In this document: positions 20,933 to 31,398 of the stretch, piece after piece | Layout: the number at the start of each line of letters is the position of its first letter | How positions within the stretch are numbered: the first letter of the stretch is position 1 | DNA from: Candidatus Limnocylindria bacterium | GTDB lineage: Bacteria > Chloroflexota > Limnocylindria > P2-11E | Assembly: GCA_046262615.1 (NCBI GenBank) | Contig: JBHEML010000002.1 | Span: 6,645 to 70,644, forward strand | Direction of reading: 5' to 3' | DNA length: 64,000 bases | Program-made: the position numbers and the translations under genes | The notes under the pieces: model-generated | The model's database searches: none | Told to the model about the DNA's origin: nothing | What the model saw: the letters and a program-made list of their open reading frames with translations, nothing else

Positions 20933-21403
20933 ATGGCCCTCCGCTCCTTCAACGCCGCGCGCGGCCGCCCTCCGGGCCCCATGGCGCTGCGCTCGTACCT
21001 GCCGTCGCACCCGCCGGGGCGCCTGCGGGAGGTACTGCGGGGCCTGCCAGCGGCAACGGGATACCGCGTGACGGTGAAGCCACTGCGTTATCGCACGCGG
21101 CCGCACCTCCAGGCCTTCACCTTCTGGGACGAGCCAGAGATCGTGATCCAGGTCCCCGAGCCGTTCGTGCCGTTCCGGGAGCTCGTCGACCTCGGGAGCG
21201 ACGGCATGCCGCTGGTGTCCTTCCGCACGCGCCGCGAGGTGATCCGCTTCCTGTACCTGCACGAGTTCTGTCATTGGTGGCTCTACCTCACGCATGGCTG
21301 GGGGACATCCGCCGAGGTCGCGTGCGACCGGTACGCCCATGCCAACTACCGGCGGCGGAGCCCGGTGCGTCCCCCGTCACAGCGCACGCCCTGGGCCGCA
21401 TAG
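20933..21403 (+). CDS. hypothetical protein with HExxH motif (possible small zinc metalloprotease)
   Basis: 156-aa ORF containing RFLYLHEFCHWWLYL (HEFCH). Divergent from the trp leader. Start could be the second MALRS at 20981. No family recognised. Confidence 0.5.
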   Translation: MALRSFNAARGRPPGPMALRSYLPSHPPGRLREVLRGLPAATGYRVTVKPLRYRTRPHLQAFTFWDEPEIVIQVPEPFVPFRELVDLGSDGMPLVSFRTRREVIRFLYLHEFCHWWLYLTHGWGTSAEVACDRYAHANYRRRSPVRPPSQRTPWAA

Positions 21404-21563
21404 CGTCGCGGTCTGGCGTCAACCACCGGGCGTCGCGAGAGTCGATCGGTACCGTTCCCGAAACGCGCCCGGGAGCGCGCCTGGAGAGGCGGGGACCATC
21501 GTCTCGCACTCCACAAGCAGATCCCGACGCCCGCCGGCCCGCGGCGTCTGGCGAGCGTCGCCG

Positions 21564-22100
21564 TCACGCGCCCGGTCGTCTGGCGACGCTCGTGGCGCGG
21601 GCAGACGCGTACAGCCGGTCGACTGCGAGAGGGGACAGCTGGAGCGAATGCGCAGGTACGGCCGCGTTGTAGCGATCGATGCGGGCATTCAGCTCGCGGA
21701 CCTCGGCCTGCACACGCGACCGGAACCGGTCCTCTTCCTCGCCCGTGCCGCGCGCGGCGTGGACGATCCGCTCCGCCGGCAGGCGACGCAGCTCGTCGCC
21801 GCGCCGGTCGACCCACGCGAGGTGACGGCGCACGCCCGCGGCGAGGCGCTCCGCATCGGCGTCGATCTCCTTGCGCATCTGCGCCCAATGCGGCAACACG
21901 CGGTTGTTCCGCATGAGATGGAACGCCGCCCAGCGCGGGCCGTCGGGACCCTCCAGCAGCAGACGCCTACCCTCTCCGGGAAGGTCGGCCAGCTCGCCGG
22001 CCTCGCTCATGCGTCGCAGCCGATCCTCGACGGACCGCTCCAAGCGCCGAAGGCGCTCGTCCCCTCGCCCCTCCCGCTCGTCGCCCGTGGATCGCTTCAC
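21564..22100 (-). CDS. DUF1992 (DnaJ-C28-like) domain protein
   Basis: 178-aa ORF. ERSVEDRLRRMSEAGELADLPGEGRRLLLE...NNRVLPHWAQMRKEI matches the DUF1992 pattern (GxFDNLPGxGKPL ... PxWi). Confidence 0.75.
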   Translation of the reverse strand: MKRSTGDEREGRGDERLRRLERSVEDRLRRMSEAGELADLPGEGRRLLLEGPDGPRWAAFHLMRNNRVLPHWAQMRKEIDADAERLAAGVRRHLAWVDRRGDELRRLPAERIVHAARGTGEEEDRFRSRVQAEVRELNARIDRYNAAVPAHSLQLSPLAVDRLYASARATSVARRPGA

Positions 22101-22668
22101 GCGCGGCGCGTGGCCCGTGCCGCCAGCGGCGCGACGCTCCGGCTGATGTAGCGCGCGCCGCGAGGCGAGAGGACGCTCTCGATCACCGCGACCTCGCGGA
22201 CGGGGATCGGCCCAAGGCGCACACGGGCCGCCGCGACGGCCGCCGCGACGGCACGCGCCGCGACGCTCGGCTGGCGCTCCGGGACGCGAGCGATCGTCAC
22301 GTGGGGCTGGAACGGTTTGGCGTCGAAGGCGATCCCGCCATGTCGGAGCTCGGTCCGGACGCGCAGCGCCGCTCGAGCGCCGCGGCGCCAGCGGCCGGCC
22401 CCGCCCAGACCGTCCGCGGCGCGCCCTCGGGCGGAAAGCGGCCCAGGCGGTCGAGTCTGAAGGCGAACGACGGCGTTCCCGCCGCGGCCGCGCGCGCCGC
22501 TGCCGTGACGTCGTCCACGCGCTCGATCGGGGTCGCCCCGAGGAAGGCGAGCGTCACGTGCATCGCATCGGGGCGGGAACGGCGCAGACCGGGAAGCCTT
22601 TCAGGCAGCGAGTGGAAAAGCTGCTCGGCGTGTTCGGGAGGCAGCTGCACCGCGACGAAGAGGCGCAT
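22097..22668 (-). pseudogene. thpR: RNA 2-prime,3-prime-cyclic phosphodiesterase (2H family), interrupted by a frameshift
   Basis: Frame A from ATG 22668: MRLFVAVQLPP...MHVTLAFLG...PRTVWAGPAAGAAALE. Frame B: LRVRTELRHGGIAFDAKPFQPHVTIARVPE... down to stop 22097. The two HxT motifs lie in different frames, and one nt appears to be missing near 22358-22374. Confidence 0.7.
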
Positions 22669-22685
22669 CGTCGCCGACGCCGGGC

Positions 22686-22847
22686 TCAGACGCCTCCGGT
22701 GTGGGAGATCAGATCCGAGGCCTCGAGGAACAGGAAGGTGACGAGGAGGAGGGCGGTCACGAGCAACAGCGGGAGCAGGCGAACCCACTCCTTCGCCCTG
22801 GTGACGCTTCTGCCTGCCGGCACGCTTCCGCTCACTTCTCTGTACAT
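22686..22847 (-). CDS. possible 53-aa single-pass membrane protein
   Basis: Not in the ORF track (<60 aa). MYREVSGSVPAGRSVTRAKEWVRLLPLLLVTALLLVTFLFLEASDLISHTGGV. GC-rich third positions across the TM part. No clear SD. Lies between ftsH and thpR. Confidence 0.3.
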   Translation of the reverse strand: MYREVSGSVPAGRSVTRAKEWVRLLPLLLVTALLLVTFLFLEASDLISHTGGV

Positions 22848-22906
22848 AAGCACGGCGCGTGCCGACGTTACGCATGGTCACCCGGCGCGGGGAGGAGCCT
22901 TCCCTG

Positions 22907-24805
<1,899 letters not shown>

Positions 24806-24859
24806 CAGGAGGAGGGTGAGGATGCCGTTCTTGAAGATGCGGTTGTCGAGGTTCGTGCG

Positions 24860-26320
24860 CTACCCCTTATCGGTCAATCGTGCCCGCTGATTCGATGCTA
24901 CAGGCGGAACGTACGAAGGCCAAAGGCTATTCGGCCCACTGGCAGGAGAGCGCACCCAGAGGAACCACCCACCCTGACCGGTGCCCGTGCCCGGCGCCGC
25001 TCCGATCGAGGCGATCCAGAGGACCCTCGGACCGGTGGCCACGAGGGGCAGCGTGTCCCTTCGCCGCGCCGGGATCTTCGCGTCGACGAGCACGTCCTGG
25101 AGCTTGCGTCGCCCGAAGCGGTCGCCGGGACGGCGCTGGCGCACGACCAGCGGCTGGTCGGGAATCTCTGCCCTTGGAGCGGTCGGGCCCCATTCCAGAT
25201 CGAGCGGGGCGGAGACCGTGTAGCGGTCGCGCACGTCCTCACCCGCCCTGGCGAGGAGGAACGTCCAGCCGTGCCAGCGCAGCGGCGCTCCCGCGCCAAG
25301 CGGGGAGGCGTCCGGCGACGGGACGTCCCCTACGGCGTGCCGCAGCAGGGCGGGTTCTGCCGCGCGGCGCCCAGCCGACTGTCGCTGGACCTCGAACGAG
25401 AGCCGGGTGTATTCGCGGACGGCGCGCCCGCCCGGCAGGTCGAGCGCCGCCGTGCCGGCGGCGGCGGCGCACAGCCCGTCCAGGGCCGCCCGCTGCCGCG
25501 CTCCGAGCGCGCGCCCCGTTCGCACCTCGTACGCCGCGGCGAGCGCCCGCGACCGCATGCCGGCATCGATCGGCAGCGCGCCGAGGTCGATCGTCCCGTC
25601 ATCTCCCTGGGCCGGCAGCGTCGGCGCGCGCCCGCGCAGCGTGGCGACGGTCTCCGCGGCGGAGTCGGCCAGCCGCGCGATGGCGGGGGCCACCTGGGGG
25701 TTGATCCGTGCCAGCTCCGGAAGGACGCGATGCCGGACGCGATTGCGCGCGAACCGCAGCGCCCGGTTCGACGGGTCCTCCCGCGGCTTGATGCCTGCGG
25801 CCGCGCAGACCTCGAGCGTCTCCGCGCGGCCGATGCACAGCAGCGGTCTGACGATCCCGGCGCTCGAGGGCCGCATTCCGGCGAGCCCGTCGATACCGCT
25901 TCCCCTCGTCAGATGCAGCAGCACCGTCTCGGCCTGGTCATCCCGCGTGTGTCCGGTCGCGACGGCGCTCGCCCCGACCAGAGCGGCCCCGTGCCTAAGG
26001 AACGCGTAGCGCGCCCGGCGGGCCGCGTCCTCGCTGACCTGAGGCTCCTCGGCGCGGCCGAGGCGCACGGGCGCGCCGATACGCGCGGCGAGCCCGGCGA
26101 CGAACGCCGCGTCCAGCGCTCCGGCGCGCGGACGGGCGCGGTGGTCGAAATGCGCGACGTGCAGCACGGTGCCGGACCGACCCGCCAGCTCCGCGAGGAT
26201 CAGCAGCAGCGCCGTCGAGTCCGCGCCGCCCGATACCGCCACGATCATCGGGCCGGGTGAGAGAAGCGCGTGCGTCCTCGCGTATCGCGCGACGGCCTCG
26301 AGGATCCTCGGCGGCAGCAC
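24860..26320 (-). CDS. tilS: tRNA(Ile)-lysidine synthetase
   Basis: 486-aa ORF. PP-loop VAVSGGADSTALL, then GHTRDDQAETVLL. GTG start lies 3 nt after the CAU tRNA. Confidence 0.9.
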   Translation of the reverse strand: MLPPRILEAVARYARTHALLSPGPMIVAVSGGADSTALLLILAELAGRSGTVLHVAHFDHRARPRAGALDAAFVAGLAARIGAPVRLGRAEEPQVSEDAARRARYAFLRHGAALVGASAVATGHTRDDQAETVLLHLTRGSGIDGLAGMRPSSAGIVRPLLCIGRAETLEVCAAAGIKPREDPSNRALRFARNRVRHRVLPELARINPQVAPAIARLADSAAETVATLRGRAPTLPAQGDDGTIDLGALPIDAGMRSRALAAAYEVRTGRALGARQRAALDGLCAAAAGTAALDLPGGRAVREYTRLSFEVQRQSAGRRAAEPALLRHAVGDVPSPDASPLGAGAPLRWHGWTFLLARAGEDVRDRYTVSAPLDLEWGPTAPRAEIPDQPLVVRQRRPGDRFGRRKLQDVLVDAKIPARRRDTLPLVATGPRVLWIASIGAAPGTGTGQGGWFLWVRSPASGPNSLWPSYVPPVASNQRARLTDKG

Positions 26321-26323
26321 CGG

Positions 26324-26396
26324 TGGCTGGGGCCGGGATTGAACCGGCGACCTAGGGTTTATGAGTCCCTTGCTCTGCCAACTGAGCTACCCAGCC
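26324..26396 (-). tRNA. tRNA with anticodon CAU (elongator Met or Ile2/lysidine; not an initiator)
   Basis: GGCTGGGTAGCTCAGTTGGCAGAGCAAGGGACTCATAAACCCTAGGTCGCCGGTTCAATCCCGGCCCCAGCCA. Cloverleaf folds by hand, G1-C72, anticodon loop CTCATAA. CCA not encoded (ACCG). Confidence 0.9.
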
Positions 26397-26434
26397 CGCC
26401 GAAGATGGTAACGAAGCTCCGCGAGCTGGAGATA

Positions 26435-26701
26435 TCAGACGCTAACGCGAACTGGTCGTTGCGGGATACGCCGCTTGCGCTGCGACGAGCGCCTTGGCGC
26501 GGACGCGCGGCCAGCCTCCGGAATACGGACCCAGTCGTGCACGTCCTCGGCGCCAGCGGGACAGTACGCCCACGACCGACCGTGGACGGTGACCTCACGC
26601 CCGCTGGTCGTCGGACGCGGGAGGTGACCGGCGCGCACGCAGACATACTCGATCAGCCCCCCGAACACCGCTCCGCCTTCCCCGCCATCTGCTCGATGCA
26701 T
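26435..26701 (-). CDS. hypothetical small protein
   Basis: Part of the 96-aa ORF starting at the internal Met: MHRADGGEGGAVFGGLIEYVCVRAGHLPRPTTSGREVTVHGRSWAYCPAGAEDVHDWVRIPE... with a basic tail. Balanced composition; lies between two tRNAs. Family not recognised with certainty. Confidence 0.45.
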   Translation of the reverse strand: MHRADGGEGGAVFGGLIEYVCVRAGHLPRPTTSGREVTVHGRSWAYCPAGAEDVHDWVRIPEAGRASAPRRSSQRKRRIPQRPVRVSV

Positions 26702-26858
26702 ACGCGCCTGCGCCACCTTCGGCATGACGGTCGGTCATGGGGCCGACCCAGTGAGTGACAGCCCTGCCGGAACCCCGTGGCTGTCATGTGGGCTGTAAAC
26801 GGATACGGCCGTCTGGCCGCTACCCAGCCAGACCGCCGTATTCATTGCCGTTGTCCTG

Positions 26859-26930
<72 letters not shown>

Positions 26931-26939
26931 AGGCTCACT

Positions 26940-27344
26940 TTAGCGCGCGCCGAAGAAGAGCGCGAACCACTTCGCGAGGTGCCCGCCCGCGCCGGGATCG
27001 GCCACGGGGTCGGGCCGCGGGGTCGGAGCCTGCTGGATCGTGATAAGCGATTCGTTGGGCCGGACGTAGTCGTACTCCCGTGCCTTGTCGACGATGTAAC
27101 TCTCCGTGCGGCGTTCCGCGGCCGCGGCGTCGAGGACGACGTGCTTGACCTGGAGCGCCGCTATCTCTGCGCGAAGCGCCGCGCCCTCGCGGCTGAGTGC
27201 GTTGGTCTGGGTCGCGACGCCGACGAAGGCCGCGGTGAGCGCCAGGAATGCGGCGAACAGCGCCACAGCCACCGCGGAACGCCAGAGGCCGCGGCGCCGG
27301 GGCGTGCGGGACCGGCCGCCACGTCGCTCGCTCACTCGCGACAC
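26940..27344 (-). CDS. septum formation initiator family protein (FtsB/DivIC-like)
   Basis: 134-aa ORF. Basic N-terminus, one TM helix, coiled coil (REGAALRAEIAALQV), then YIVDKAREYDYVRPNE, typical of FtsB/DivIC. Confidence 0.75.
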   Translation of the reverse strand: MSRVSERRGGRSRTPRRRGLWRSAVAVALFAAFLALTAAFVGVATQTNALSREGAALRAEIAALQVKHVVLDAAAAERRTESYIVDKAREYDYVRPNESLITIQQAPTPRPDPVADPGAGGHLAKWFALFFGAR

Positions 27345-27345
27345 A

Positions 27346-28194
27346 TCATGCTCCGGGCGACAGCTCGCTGGGAAGGGGGTCGAGCGCGTAACCCGCGAGC
27401 CGAGCGGCGCACCAGCCCACCATTCCGAGGAAGGCGTGGCCCTCGCTGGGGTCGCGAAGGTCGCGGGTGAACGCCGCGACGATCACCGTACGTGGCCCTC
27501 GGACGATGCCGACATCGTTCCGCACTGCCGCGAGCGACCCGGTCTTGTGCGCGATGCGGACCTCGTCCGGAAGGTAGCGGCGCAGCATCGAGTCGTCCTG
27601 GTTGCGGTCGAGAAGCGCGAGCACGCGATCGGCGACCACTCGCTCGATGCGAACGCCCTCGAGCAAGGCTCGGAGGAGCGTCGTAGTTTCGCCGGGCGTC
27701 ATCACATTCTCGAGCCCGCGTCGCGCCGCCTCGAAATCGTACATGCGCCGGCGGAGGCGCGTCACCGGGCACCCCCAGCGATCGAGGTACCGGTTCACGA
27801 CCTCGATGCCGACGCGCTCGATGAGCCTGTTCGTCGCCGTGTTGTCCGAGAGCATGATCGCGAGCGCAGCGTGGTCCCGCGCGGAGAGTTCGGCGACGTC
27901 ACGCAGATCGCGCAGGATGCCCGAGCCGTCGACCGTCGCTCCGACGGGCAGGCGCTCGTCCAGCGAGATCGCGCCCCGCTCGGCCTCGGCGTGCAGCGCC
28001 ATCACTAGCGGGACCTTTATGACCGACGCGGCGGCGAAGGCCGCGTCGGGGCCGTGCTCCAGCAGCGGCGTCCCAGCGCCGTCCGCGATGACGACGCCTG
28101 CCCGCTCCCCGATCGCGGCCAGGTGCGGCGCCAGGACGGCCAGCGGCGCTAGTTCAGGGAGCTGCGCGGGGTGTGGCGCGGCGTCGTGGGCCAT
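27346..28194 (-). CDS. class A beta-lactamase-like serine hydrolase
   Basis: 282-aa ORF with the three class A motifs in order: S-x-x-K (ASVIK), SDN (MLSDNTA), KTG (HKTGSL). Confidence 0.8.
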   Translation of the reverse strand: MAHDAAPHPAQLPELAPLAVLAPHLAAIGERAGVVIADGAGTPLLEHGPDAAFAAASVIKVPLVMALHAEAERGAISLDERLPVGATVDGSGILRDLRDVAELSARDHAALAIMLSDNTATNRLIERVGIEVVNRYLDRWGCPVTRLRRRMYDFEAARRGLENVMTPGETTTLLRALLEGVRIERVVADRVLALLDRNQDDSMLRRYLPDEVRIAHKTGSLAAVRNDVGIVRGPRTVIVAAFTRDLRDPSEGHAFLGMVGWCAARLAGYALDPLPSELSPGA

Positions 28195-28235
28195 GGGCGC
28201 GAATGTAGGGGGTGCTCCGAAGGCTGTGCGCTAGC

Positions 28236-29081
28236 TCAATCGCTTTCCCGCAGGCGAAGATCGACGGCCGCGCGTTCGGCGAGTGCCGACGTTCCGACGC
28301 CTTCCACCGCGAACGAAGCGACGCCGTGCGCGAAGCGGATCGCGTCGCCGAAGGAGACTCCGTCCGCGAGGGCAAGCGCCAGACCGGCCGAGAAGGCGTC
28401 GCCGGCGCCGGTCACGTCGACGACCGCATCGACGGGCAGCGCCTCCACCTCGACGATCGACCCGGCGCGGTACGTTCTGGAACCGCGCTCGGCGCGCGTG
28501 ACGACGACCGGCGCGGTCTCGGCCCACCCGGGGACCGGCGTCTCGTCCCGCCCCAGGTCCTCTTCGCTCAGCACGATCGCATGCGCCGCCACGAGAAGCT
28601 CGTGGGGAGCGCTCCATCGCCGGGGCCGCACCACGCCCGCCGCATCCCATTCGCGCAGATACCCCTGCACCTCGACGACGCGGATCGCCCGAGGGAAACC
28701 GCCGAACAACGAGGCGTCGAGCTCGTGCGCGACGGAGGCGAAGATCACCGCGCGGGCTTCGCGCAGAGCCAGCGGGATGTCGGTGAGCGCGATGGCCTTC
28801 GCCCGCGCTCGCAGCCGGAGCTGCCGCCCGCCGTCGGGAGCACGGCTGAAGGCGAAGGTGGTGGTGACGGCCGCGGGAAGAGCGACCAGATCGATGGCCA
28901 GCCTGCGGCATGCCGCGACCAGCTCGGCTTGCTCCTCGGGTCCGACGCGGGTCGCCAGCGCCGCGCGGGCGCCGAGCCGCGCCGCGGCCGCCGCCGCATA
29001 GAAGGCCGACCCGCCGAGGCGCCAGTCCACGCCCGGGAACTCGTCGCGCGTGGCGTGGCCGATCGCCAGCAGATCGATCAC
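28236..29081 (-). CDS. PfkB-family carbohydrate/nucleoside kinase
   Basis: C-terminal 281 aa of the 358-aa ORF. IDLLAIGHATRD N-terminus and DVTGAGDAFSAG (PfkB signature 2). GTG start overlaps the upstream stop (GTGA). Confidence 0.85.
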   Translation of the reverse strand: MIDLLAIGHATRDEFPGVDWRLGGSAFYAAAAAARLGARAALATRVGPEEQAELVAACRRLAIDLVALPAAVTTTFAFSRAPDGGRQLRLRARAKAIALTDIPLALREARAVIFASVAHELDASLFGGFPRAIRVVEVQGYLREWDAAGVVRPRRWSAPHELLVAAHAIVLSEEDLGRDETPVPGWAETAPVVVTRAERGSRTYRAGSIVEVEALPVDAVVDVTGAGDAFSAGLALALADGVSFGDAIRFAHGVASFAVEGVGTSALAERAAVDLRLRESD

Positions 29082-30286
29082 GGGCGGAGCTCGGCGGCGA
29101 GGAATCGTTCGACGGCGTACAGCGCCAGCTGCCCGCCGAGCCCCTGGAATAGGGCGTCGAAGCCGTGTCCCGACCACGGCAGCTCGACGAGCGAAGCGCG
29201 ATGTCCTCCCGCGCGAAGACGCGCGGCGAGCCCGCGCGAATCGTCCACCCGCACGAGCTGATCGGCGCTGCCGTGGATCAGGAGAGTGGGCGGGAGCGGG
29301 GCCGCGATCCATGTCGCTGGCGTGGCGTCGGCGTAGCGCTCGGGGAACACATCGGGCGCTCCGCCGAGGAAGTCGCGCAGCACGCCACGCGAGTCGATGA
29401 GGTCGGGCCGCAGCGGGTCCTCGTATCCGCGCCGGAGGTCGGTGGGTCCATAGAGCGAGACGACAGCGCGCACGCTCCCGGGCGCTTCGCAGCCGGTGGG
29501 CACCGGGTCGCGACCGGCGCGATAGGCGGCGAGGAGGGCCAGGTGCGCGCCGGCCGAGCGGCCGAGCAGCGCAACGCGCTCAGGATCGACGCCATCCTCT
29601 GCGGCGTGCCGGCGGACCCAGCCGAGCGCACACTCGACATCCTCGAGCGCGGCCGGATACGGGAACGCGGGAGCGAGCCGGTACTCGACGTCGTAGACGA
29701 CGTATCCCCTCGTCGCGAAGTAATGGTCGGCCGAGGTCGGCAGGAACGACGCGGCCCCCTTGCCACCGCCGCGCCAGGCGCCGCCGTGGACGGCCACGAT
29801 CGCGGGCCGTGGCGTCCCGGGCTCCGCGGTCGAGTAGCGGTCGAGGCGGAGAGTCACGCCGGAGACGGTCCGGAACGGTACGTCGGCTTCGACGCGCGCG
29901 CGCCCGGTGGGGACGCCGCGTACGTAGTCCGCGAGCGAAAACCCGCCGCCGCGCGGCTCCCTCATCGCGACTCCGACGTCCGCATCGCCGAGCGCGCCAA
30001 GCGCAGCGTCAGTCGCTTCGATCGCCGAGGGGAGCCGCAGCAGGGGCTGCACCGCGAAGGTGGCGGCCATCGCGGCGGCGGCCACGGCGACGAGCGCGGG
30101 GAACGCGCCGTTCCGCGAGGCGCCGAGCGCGACGACGACCGCGACGACGTCGAGCGCCAGGAGCCACAGGCTGAGCTCCGCGGCGCCGACGCGCACGAGT
30201 TGGAGCCGCTCGTCGGGCATGGTGAAAGGGATCGGGGCGGAGAGGGCCAGACCGGCGAACGCGAGGATCAGCGCCGCCGCCGGCAT
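29078..30286 (-). CDS. membrane-anchored alpha/beta hydrolase (esterase/lipase-like)
   Basis: 402-aa ORF. N-terminal TM helices, oxyanion VHGGAWRGG, nucleophile elbow GRSAGAH, HGSADQLV. Confidence 0.85.
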   Translation of the reverse strand: MPAAALILAFAGLALSAPIPFTMPDERLQLVRVGAAELSLWLLALDVVAVVVALGASRNGAFPALVAVAAAAMAATFAVQPLLRLPSAIEATDAALGALGDADVGVAMREPRGGGFSLADYVRGVPTGRARVEADVPFRTVSGVTLRLDRYSTAEPGTPRPAIVAVHGGAWRGGGKGAASFLPTSADHYFATRGYVVYDVEYRLAPAFPYPAALEDVECALGWVRRHAAEDGVDPERVALLGRSAGAHLALLAAYRAGRDPVPTGCEAPGSVRAVVSLYGPTDLRRGYEDPLRPDLIDSRGVLRDFLGGAPDVFPERYADATPATWIAAPLPPTLLIHGSADQLVRVDDSRGLAARLRAGGHRASLVELPWSGHGFDALFQGLGGQLALYAVERFLAAELRP

Positions 30287-31398
30287 CAGACGTTGAAGAG
30301 GATATGCAGCACGTCGCCGTCCTGGACGGGGTACGTCCTGCCCTCGGTGCGGAGGATCCCCAGCTTGCGCGCGGCGGCCTCGCTACCCGCCCGCAGCAGC
30401 TCATCCCACCGGATCACCTCCGCTCGGATGAAGCCGCGATCGAGGTCCGAGTGGATGGTGCCCGCCGCCTGCTGCGCCGGCATCCCGTCCGTGACCGTCC
30501 ACGCGCGCACCTCGTCCTCGCCCGTGGTGAAGAACGAGATCAGGCCGAGGAGCCCGTAGGTGGCGCGCAGCAGCCGCTCCACCGCCGGCTCGGCGATGCC
30601 CAGCTCCGCGCGGAACGCGCCCGCCTCCTCGGCCGGCAGCTCCGCGATCTCGCCCTCGATCCTGGCGCACACCGGGACCACCGCCGTCGCGCGGTGGCGC
30701 GAAACGAGCTCGACGAGCGGCGCGATGACAGGCGCCGGATCCGCGACATCGGCCTCGTCGACATTGACCGCGATCAAGTGCGGCATGAGCGTGAGGAAGC
30801 GGTAGCCGCGGATCGCCCGGAGGTCGTCGGCTTCGAGCTCGAGGTCGCGCATCGGGGTCTCCGACCGCAGCGCCTCCAGCGCGCGCTGCAGCAACGCCTT
30901 CTCCCGCTCGCGCGCCTCGCGCTCGGCCCCCTTCGCACCGCGCATCTCGGGGTCGATCCGCTCGAGCCGGCGCTCCACCACCGACAGGTCCGCGAGCAGG
31001 AGTTCGAGCTCCAGATCGATGAGGTCACGTCCAGGGTCGATGCTGCCGCGCGCGTGCGGCACCGCGGGGTCGCGGAAGGCGCGGACGACGTGGATCAGCG
31101 CATCAGCGGTCCGGAGGTCGCCGAGCTTCTTCGGTGAGATCCCGTCCGAGGATCCGCGCTCCGCTGGCGCTGCGAGCCCGAGGTCGCGGTACGTGATCTC
31201 GGCGTAGGTGGTCTTCTTCGGCCGGAACAGCGCCGATAGCCTGTCGATGCGATCGTCCGGGATCTTCGCGACGCCGACGTTCGTTTCGGCCTCCGCGCCG
31301 GCGAACGCGCCCGTCGCGGCGTGGCCCCCGCACAGCAAATTGAACAGCGTCGTCTTGCCGACGTAGGGCAATCCTGTGATCGCTGAGGCGAGGTTCAT
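30286..31398 (-). CDS. ychF: ribosome-binding ATPase YchF
   Basis: C-terminal 370 aa of the 500-aa ORF, starting at MNLASAITGLPYVGKTTLFNLL (P-loop). C-terminal TGS region AGTIHSDLDRGFIRAEV. ATG overlaps the murI stop (ATGA). Confidence 0.92.
   Translation of the reverse strand: MNLASAITGLPYVGKTTLFNLLCGGHAATGAFAGAEAETNVGVAKIPDDRIDRLSALFRPKKTTYAEITYRDLGLAAPAERGSSDGISPKKLGDLRTADALIHVVRAFRDPAVPHARGSIDPGRDLIDLELELLLADLSVVERRLERIDPEMRGAKGAEREAREREKALLQRALEALRSETPMRDLELEADDLRAIRGYRFLTLMPHLIAVNVDEADVADPAPVIAPLVELVSRHRATAVVPVCARIEGEIAELPAEEAGAFRAELGIAEPAVERLLRATYGLLGLISFFTTGEDEVRAWTVTDGMPAQQAAGTIHSDLDRGFIRAEVIRWDELLRAGSEAAARKLGILRTEGRTYPVQDGDVLHILFNV

Noticed and set aside
24860-24862. In-frame stop between tilS and ftsH as a recoded Sec or Pyl codon
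   Set aside because: The codon is TAG, not TGA, so the SelA/SelB system is irrelevant. There are no pyl genes or other evidence for pyrrolysine. Non-canonical initiation or a base error explains the situation more simply (see findings).
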